From the NCBI GenBank assembly GCA_016715895.1, contig JADJXH010000004.1, positions 218,876-282,875 on the forward strand: a stretch of DNA of 64,000 nucleotides. The letters run 5' to 3'. The translations under genes and the position numbers were made by a program. The notes under the pieces were generated by a model. It saw only the letters and a program-made list of their open reading frames with translations. It was not told where the DNA came from and ran no database searches. This DNA is from Flavobacteriales bacterium (GTDB lineage: Bacteria > Bacteroidota > Bacteroidia > Flavobacteriales_F > PHOS-HE28). Positions 58,053-64,000 of the stretch are shown here, in pieces (positions within the stretch are counted from its first letter, which is position 1; the number at the start of each line of letters is the position of its first letter).

Positions 58053-59183
58053 GTGCACACCAGCCGTTCCTTCCTCGCTTCGCCGCTCCTTTCATCGCTG
58101 GTGATCATGGCCTCCTGCGACGCGCAGGTCCCGGCATCCACAGCGGGTGATGTGGTCGTTGCAGCATCGCCGGGACAGGAAGTGCGCATGGACACCGCCC
58201 AGATCTCCGACTACATCGTTGCGGCCTTGGAGGATAGCCAGGGCAACCTTTGGTTCGGCACCGTGGGCGATGGTGTGGTCCGCTACAGCGCCGACCCATC
58301 GGTCGTTCCGGGAGAACGCCTCCGCTACTTCACCTCGAAGGATGGCCTCGCCGACATGGTGGCCTCCAGCATCGTGGAGGATAAGCAAGGCCACATCTGG
58401 ATCGGATCGCACGATGGCGCTACACGTTTCGACGGCAAGACCTTCACCGCCTACAAGGCACCGGAGGGATTGCACGGGGCGGGCTGCGTTCTGCTTGTGG
58501 ACCGCAACGGGACCTTGTGGGCCGGCACCAACGATGGCGCCTTCCGCTTCGATGGCACGCGCTTCCAGCCTTTCGACATTCCCACTCCAGCGATCAAGGA
58601 ACCTTCTCACAAGTGGGTGGCCGGCAAAGTGTGGGAGATCATCGAGGATAGCCGGGGTAACATCTGGTTCGGGCGCGATGGGTACGGCGCGTGCAAGTAT
58701 GACGGCACGTCCTTCACCCATTTCACCAAGGAGGACGGTCTCTGTAGCAACAACGTGGCGAGCATTGTGGAGGACCCGCAAGGCCACCTCTGGTTCGGAT
58801 CCATCACCTCGGACTTTCCGCCAGTACAGGAAGGTGGTTTGGCCCGTTACGATCCTTCGGCTTCGCTCAGGACAGGTGGCAAGGCGTTCACGCAGTTCCC
58901 CCACATGAAAGGGCTGACCGCGAACGACATCTATAACGTCTATAGGGATCGCTCAGGGAACCTCTGGATAGGTGCGGTCCGTGTGGGCGCGTACAAGTAC
59001 GACGGGAAGACCTTCACACTGTTCGACCGCACCGACCGGCCTGACCTTACCAAGTATTTCGGCATCCAAGCGTTCGTGGAGGACCGGCATGGAACGTTGT
59101 GGTTCGGCTTCAGCGGTGGGTTGTTCCGCTTCAATGGGACCGTGTTCAAGAATGTGACACGGGGTGGGCCGTGGCAGCCCTGA
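58053..59183 (+). CDS. Two-component-regulator propeller (Reg_prop) repeat protein
   Basis: Repeated EDxxGNLWFGT...G..RYDGK.F motifs; the GTG at 58053 gives a signal-like N-terminus. Confidence 0.85.
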   Translation: MHTSRSFLASPLLSSLVIMASCDAQVPASTAGDVVVAASPGQEVRMDTAQISDYIVAALEDSQGNLWFGTVGDGVVRYSADPSVVPGERLRYFTSKDGLADMVASSIVEDKQGHIWIGSHDGATRFDGKTFTAYKAPEGLHGAGCVLLVDRNGTLWAGTNDGAFRFDGTRFQPFDIPTPAIKEPSHKWVAGKVWEIIEDSRGNIWFGRDGYGACKYDGTSFTHFTKEDGLCSNNVASIVEDPQGHLWFGSITSDFPPVQEGGLARYDPSASLRTGGKAFTQFPHMKGLTANDIYNVYRDRSGNLWIGAVRVGAYKYDGKTFTLFDRTDRPDLTKYFGIQAFVEDRHGTLWFGFSGGLFRFNGTVFKNVTRGGPWQP

Positions 59184-59231
59184 TGCCCGTCATGCACCCC
59201 CTGCCGCGGGTCTCTGACCCGTGGTCCTACC

Positions 59232-60257
59232 TCACGGCAACGCATCCATCGCCGCTTCCAACGCGGCATCCACCCCGGCATTGAGCTCCTGCCGATCGGC
59301 CACCGCCACCACGGCCGGAGACAATCCACGGCCCTCCCAGCTGATGCCGTTGGCATCGCGGTGGTCGGCGATGGAGAGCGTGACGCCCCAGCCGTTGGGG
59401 AGTTCAAAGAATGCGTTGTCCGCGAAGGCCCCGGCGGTGGTGTCGCCGATGTGCACCACGTGGGTCTGCGTGCGCATGGCCAGGGCGAAGGTCTCGGCCG
59501 CGCTCTGTGAGCCACGACCGGTGAGCAGCACCACCGGCTTCGCATACGCCGGTCCCGTGGGGGTGGTGGTCCAGGCCACTTCCTGCCCGAAGTCGTCCGG
59601 ACCGGGACCGGTCTTACGGCGCACCCGCATGTACGTGGCGGCCTGGCCGGTGAAAAGCCCCGCACTGTACTGCGCGAAGGGATCGATGCCACCGGGGTTG
59701 TCGCGCACGTCCACCACCAATCCTGATGTGCCGGCCAGCGCCTGCACCGCATCGCGCAGGCCCTTGTCGTAGTCGTTGTTGCTGCCATCGAAATGACGGA
59801 TGTGGATGTAACCATGCCCGTCCACGAGCCGGCCGTACGCCACCGCCCCGTTCACTTCCTGGTATTCCGTGAGGTAGTGGTCCTTCACCGTGGGAAAGTG
59901 GAAGGTGGAGTCGATGTAGGCCCCATCCACGAGGTCGATGGACCAGCGCGGTAGCTCGGTGCTGTTCGGATAGAGCGTGATGTGTGCATCGTTCAGGGGT
60001 GTGAGCATGGCGGCCAGCACCTCGCGCAGCTGCGCATCGGTCATGCCCTCGTGCACCTGGGGCCGGTACACGTTGCCGAGGCTGTCCCAATCCAAGGTCT
60101 TCACCCGGAAGAGGCCGTAGTGTTCCTTCACTGTTCGGTGCAGGCTTTCGAAGACGCTGACGGGATCGGCGGCGGGTTCATCGCCGAAGACCATCTTCTG
60201 GCAGGAGCTGAGCAGGACGGCGCCGGTGGCCAGGGCCAGGAGGTGCGAGGTTCTCAT
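59232..60257 (-). CDS. S41 family peptidase (lipoprotein)
   Basis: LLSSC lipobox, LNDAH, VDVRDNPGG, SQSAAETF, HIGDTTAG and EGRGLSP. Confidence 0.9.
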   Translation of the reverse strand: MRTSHLLALATGAVLLSSCQKMVFGDEPAADPVSVFESLHRTVKEHYGLFRVKTLDWDSLGNVYRPQVHEGMTDAQLREVLAAMLTPLNDAHITLYPNSTELPRWSIDLVDGAYIDSTFHFPTVKDHYLTEYQEVNGAVAYGRLVDGHGYIHIRHFDGSNNDYDKGLRDAVQALAGTSGLVVDVRDNPGGIDPFAQYSAGLFTGQAATYMRVRRKTGPGPDDFGQEVAWTTTPTGPAYAKPVVLLTGRGSQSAAETFALAMRTQTHVVHIGDTTAGAFADNAFFELPNGWGVTLSIADHRDANGISWEGRGLSPAVVAVADRQELNAGVDAALEAAMDALP

Positions 60258-61099
60258 CGCTTGAGGAGGTTGTAGGTCAGGGCCGCTTCGAGTCGGCGGT
60301 GGAAGAGGCGCAGCTCGGCGGGATGATCGAGAATATCACGTTCGGCATCGTTCAGGTAGCCGATGTACAGGCCGAGGCCGATGGCGAACCGGCCCGAGAG
60401 CTGGTAGGCATAGCGCAGATCGAGCTGCGCCTGGAACAGCTGCCAGGGCGCCGCCCAGGTGGTGCCACTGTCGAAGAAGGAACTGATGCGACCCATGTTG
60501 CCCGGCACGGAGACCGAACGCGACCAGGGCTCGCGGGTCATGAGCGCCACGAGGGTGAGCGAGAACTCGGCGTTGATCCTGTGACGCCCGGACACGTACG
60601 ACCTGCCGACCAGGCCGTCGAAGGTGGCGCAGGCCATCTGGCCCACCGGGGCGAAGCCCTGCGGCCGGTTGGCGGTCCACCCCAACGCCGGTCCGAAGTA
60701 CCAGCCATTGCCATCCACCTGCGGACTCGCGTGGAAGGTGCGCGCCACGCGCAGCTCGGCCATCCACATGGGACGGTCCATCGGTATGCGCTCGTCGGTG
60801 ATGCTGCCGTCCCATTCCCAGATCGGGAAGAGCGTGGTACGGGCACCGGTGCTCGTGGGTGCGAGCAAACCCCTGCCGTAGGCCAGGTGGAAGACCCAAT
60901 CGCCCTTGGGGCCCGTGTGCGCATAGGTGAGGCCGAGGCGGGCGAGGTCGGCACGGTGCACCAAGTCGCCTACCTGCCGATCGCGCACCAGCAGCCGATC
61001 CAAGCCCGGGGTCAGTTGGAAGTAGCCTTGCTGGCCGTGGGCGTCCATGAGCATGCCTGCAAGTAGCAGGAAAAACAGGAGGTGGAAGGTGCGGTACAT
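60254..61099 (-). CDS. Hypothetical outer-membrane beta-barrel-like protein
   Basis: Signal peptide, alternating aromatic/Gly strands and a terminal ...LTYNL motif; overlaps the S41 gene start. Confidence 0.6.
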   Translation of the reverse strand: MYRTFHLLFFLLLAGMLMDAHGQQGYFQLTPGLDRLLVRDRQVGDLVHRADLARLGLTYAHTGPKGDWVFHLAYGRGLLAPTSTGARTTLFPIWEWDGSITDERIPMDRPMWMAELRVARTFHASPQVDGNGWYFGPALGWTANRPQGFAPVGQMACATFDGLVGRSYVSGRHRINAEFSLTLVALMTREPWSRSVSVPGNMGRISSFFDSGTTWAAPWQLFQAQLDLRYAYQLSGRFAIGLGLYIGYLNDAERDILDHPAELRLFHRRLEAALTYNLLKR

Positions 61100-61698
61100 G
61101 GGGTGACCGATGATGAGTTCAGCGTACGGAGATCTTCAGGCTTCGGCCTGCCTGGCGCGCGATCCATCTGGCAAGGGTGTGACCCTTGTGCGGCCCATCA
61201 CCCTTGGCAACCTGATGCAGGGCCTCGCGCAAGGTGGGTTGCCGTTCCTGCACGGGCGCAGGCACCGCCCCCTTGGACACGGGTCCCACTGCTGCCTGGG
61301 CATGGGCTGCCAGTTGAAAGAATGCCAGGAAGAGAATGCAGATGGGCATGCGCCGATGCATGGCGTTCGGTTCTCGGATGCAAACCTCCGCGGCCGGGCT
61401 GCCCTGCCAAATAGGAGGTGGTGTGAACCGGATAAAGAGCGACATGAAGTGGACACCGTGTCGCATGAGTATCCTTTGGGCACGGTCACGCGCTCCGCGC
61501 CATTGAACGTCGGAGTTCAGTCAGCGGACCATGCGGTCCATACGCACTTTCCGTCGGTACATGTCGATCAGACGCTCATCCTTCCGCAGGAGCGATCAAC
61601 TTCGTACCGCGGTGGGTGCCACCCTGCCCAACATGACCAGAGCAGCGCAGGATCGATCGCTTGGAATGCCCGGAGCCTCGTCCGGCAGCCTCCTCTTC

Positions 61699-62712
61699 AT
61701 GCGGCGGCCGCTCGCGCTCAAGCTGATCATCATCTTCCTGCTCTCGGCGCTTAACCTCACCGGCGATTACGATTGGAGCCGCACCAGCGCGACCCAGGAG
61801 CTCCTGATGGTGCTCACCACCCTCGGGCGCTGGGCCGTCACGCTCTTCGGCGCCTACGCCATCATCCAAGGGTACCAGCGTCGCTACCCGCAGGCGGACC
61901 AGAACTTCGACCGCCGTCGCGGGGCCTTTGTGTTCGTGCTGCTGCTCTGCTTCGCCACCAGCGTGGCCTCCGACTTTCCGGAAGAGCTGATCCTCCAGGG
62001 CGACCTGGATGAGCTCGGCTTCAACTGGGTCAATCACGTCTTCGGGGCGGTGCTGGTCAGCATCATCGTGCTGGGCGTGTTCGAACTGAACTACACCGGC
62101 CAGTTGAACGCCCGGCTCGTGGCCGAGAAGCAGGAGATGGAACGCCTGCACATGCAGAGCCGCTACGAGAGCCTGAAGAGCCAGGTGGACCCGCACTTCC
62201 TCTTCAACAGCCTCAACTCGCTCAGCGCCCTCATTCGCACGGACCCGAAGCGGGCCGAGCAGTTCGTGGAGGAGCTCTCCCGCGTGTACCGCTACCTGCT
62301 GCGTGGCCGCGAGCACGACCTCAGCTCCCTGGAGGATGAGCTGGAGTTCATCCGCTCCTACGAGCACCTCCTGAAGACCCGCTTCGGCAAAGGCTTCGTG
62401 CTGAAGATCGCCGTGGACGAGCACCTGCTGGGCCGGCGCCTGCCCGCCCAGGCCCTGCAGCTGCTTGTGGAGAACACCGTGAAGCACAATGTGATCTCCG
62501 AGGCACAGCCCCTCACGGTGACGATCCGCACGGTGGGCAACGACCGAATGGAGGTGCACAACAACCTGCAGCGCCGCAACAGCCGCATGCACTCCAACAA
62601 GGTGGGCCTGGTCAACATCACCGAGCGCTTCCGGCTGCTGGGCGCCCCGCCCGTGCAGGTGGAGGAGACCGCATCGGACTTCCGCGTAACCCTGCCCCTG
62701 CTGGGGGAATGA
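61699..62712 (+). CDS. LytS-like sensor histidine kinase (His_kinase PF06580 type)
   Basis: LKSQVDPHFLFNSLNSL, LSRVYRYLL, QLLVENTVKHN and KVGLVNITER; N-terminal TM helices. Start codon uncertain. Confidence 0.92.
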   Translation: MRRPLALKLIIIFLLSALNLTGDYDWSRTSATQELLMVLTTLGRWAVTLFGAYAIIQGYQRRYPQADQNFDRRRGAFVFVLLLCFATSVASDFPEELILQGDLDELGFNWVNHVFGAVLVSIIVLGVFELNYTGQLNARLVAEKQEMERLHMQSRYESLKSQVDPHFLFNSLNSLSALIRTDPKRAEQFVEELSRVYRYLLRGREHDLSSLEDELEFIRSYEHLLKTRFGKGFVLKIAVDEHLLGRRLPAQALQLLVENTVKHNVISEAQPLTVTIRTVGNDRMEVHNNLQRRNSRMHSNKVGLVNITERFRLLGAPPVQVEETASDFRVTLPLLGE

Positions 62713-62715
62713 ACC

Positions 62716-63477
62716 ATGGACATCCTGATCATCGAGGACGAACAGCTCGGGGCGGAACGCCTTGCCGCGCTGGTGCACGAGATCGATCCCGCCCATCGCG
62801 TGCTGGCCATCTGCCCCAGCATCCGCGACAGCGTGGCATGGCTGGGCAGCCATCCGGCACCGGACCTTATCCTGATGGACATCGAGCTCGCGGATGGGCA
62901 GTGCTTCGACATCTTCACGCAGGTGGAGGTCAAGGCGCCCGTGGTCTTCACCACCTCCTACGACGAATACGCTCTGCAGGCCTTCAAGGTGAACAGCATC
63001 GACTACCTGCTGAAGCCCGTGCGCAAGGAGGAGCTGCAGGCCGCACTGGACAAGCTGTCAAGGCTTCGCTCGCAGTTCGGGGGTGGCACGATCGACGTCA
63101 ACCGGCTGTTGGGGCAGTTGCAACAAGGACGGAGCGCGTACCGCACACGTTTCCTCGCCAAGCAGGGGAACAAGCTCATCGCCATCGGCATCGAGGAGAT
63201 CGCCTACTTCTACGCCGAGGACCGCATCACCCTCTTCCGCACGTGGGATGGAAGGCGTTTCGTGGCGGAATACAAGCTGGAGGAACTGGAGACCATGCTG
63301 GACCCTCAGGACTTCCACCGGATCAACCGCTCCGTGATCGCCCACGTGCGCTCGGTGCAGGAGATCCACAACCACTTCAACGGCCGTCTGAAGGTGATCC
63401 TGAGACCGGCCTTGGACAAGGAGACCATCGTGAGCCGCGAAGGCGCCATGGCCTTCAAGCTATGGATGGGTAAATGA
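62716..63477 (+). CDS. LytTR family response regulator
   Basis: IIEDE, DLILMDIELADG, AFKVNSIDYLLKP and FHRINRS. Confidence 0.95.
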   Translation: MDILIIEDEQLGAERLAALVHEIDPAHRVLAICPSIRDSVAWLGSHPAPDLILMDIELADGQCFDIFTQVEVKAPVVFTTSYDEYALQAFKVNSIDYLLKPVRKEELQAALDKLSRLRSQFGGGTIDVNRLLGQLQQGRSAYRTRFLAKQGNKLIAIGIEEIAYFYAEDRITLFRTWDGRRFVAEYKLEELETMLDPQDFHRINRSVIAHVRSVQEIHNHFNGRLKVILRPALDKETIVSREGAMAFKLWMGK

Positions 63478-63509
63478 CCCGGTCACATCATTAACTCAAC
63501 CTCCCGACC

Positions 63510-64000
63510 ATGGAACACCTGAAGCGCGCACCCAAGGCATCCCGCAGCTGGATCGACCGCCAAGCTGCGGAAGCGTTCATCCATGGTGGTCTGGTTCGGG
63601 CACGCGGGCTGAGTGCTTTCTTGTCCTTGTTGATCTGCCTGACCACGAGTGTCGTGCACGCGCAGGTCTGTGCCTGCGAGCAGGCCTTCCGATCGGTGCG
63701 CGCCTACTATGAGGAGAACCATCCGGGCTACAACGCCATGGACGCGCAGGAGAAAGCGTTGGTGAATGCCTCAGCGGATGCACTGCTGCAGGAGGTGGTC
63801 GCACGACGGCCTGCGGAGGAGTGCATCCTGTACTTGCAGCGCTATGGACAGTTGCTGCGGGACAACCACAGTTATATCGATGCCGTGCTACCTGCTCAGC
63901 AGGACGTGGACGAGAACGACCCCGAGGCGCTCGCGTCGTTCCGGCAGAGCGAGGTGTTCCGGTCCACCGAACGCATGCAGCTGGACACGGCAGCCTTGCT
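63510..64000 (+). CDS. Probable S41-type secreted peptidase (partial; runs off the window end)
   Basis: Absent from the ORF track. Open frame from ATG 63510: ...LSLLICLTTSVVHAQVCACEQAF...YYEENHPGY...CILYLQRYGQLLRDNHSYI, resembling Bacteroidota S41 N-termini. Confidence 0.55.
   Translation, partial: MEHLKRAPKASRSWIDRQAAEAFIHGGLVRARGLSAFLSLLICLTTSVVHAQVCACEQAFRSVRAYYEENHPGYNAMDAQEKALVNASADALLQEVVARRPAEECILYLQRYGQLLRDNHSYIDAVLPAQQDVDENDPEALASFRQSEVFRSTERMQLDTAAL

Noticed and set aside
61119-61489. Short ORFs between the OM protein gene and the histidine kinase
   Set aside because: Overlapping ORFs in several frames with no motifs or typical codon bias; more likely a divergent promoter region.

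Overview
A 64-kb window from a high-GC Bacteroidota chromosome, most likely Flavobacteriales. Support for this: T9SS C-terminal sorting domains, TAnnTT(T/C)G -7 promoter boxes, a naturally split metH, and the cyoE-coxO-coxP-coxQ-SCO-DUF420 block. The housekeeping backbone comprises a SAM-I-riboswitch-controlled split methionine synthase operon, cytochrome c oxidase accessory genes, wecA/gmd/fcl/cysQ, amidohydrolases, hflX, PBP1A, and an NAD-linked Cys-type formate dehydrogenase (NuoEF-like plus FdhF). Small accessory modules are inserted into this backbone: a PvuII-like R-M pair inside the metH operon, an orphan CdiI, four TA-like pairs, an IS630 element and a 42-aa histone-H1-like gene. The most striking structure lies at about 50-58 kb. 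There the 3' end of fdhF recurs four times as relic copies that separate different cargo genes. The relics have diverged mainly at synonymous positions and are studded with short CCTG-tailed palindromes, several inserted in frame. A 126-bp four-hairpin element occurs twice in the same region. A second highlight is a pentaheme cytochrome c carrying a T9SS sorting domain. No tRNA, rRNA or CRISPR array was seen. All family assignments come from motif recognition, not database searches.
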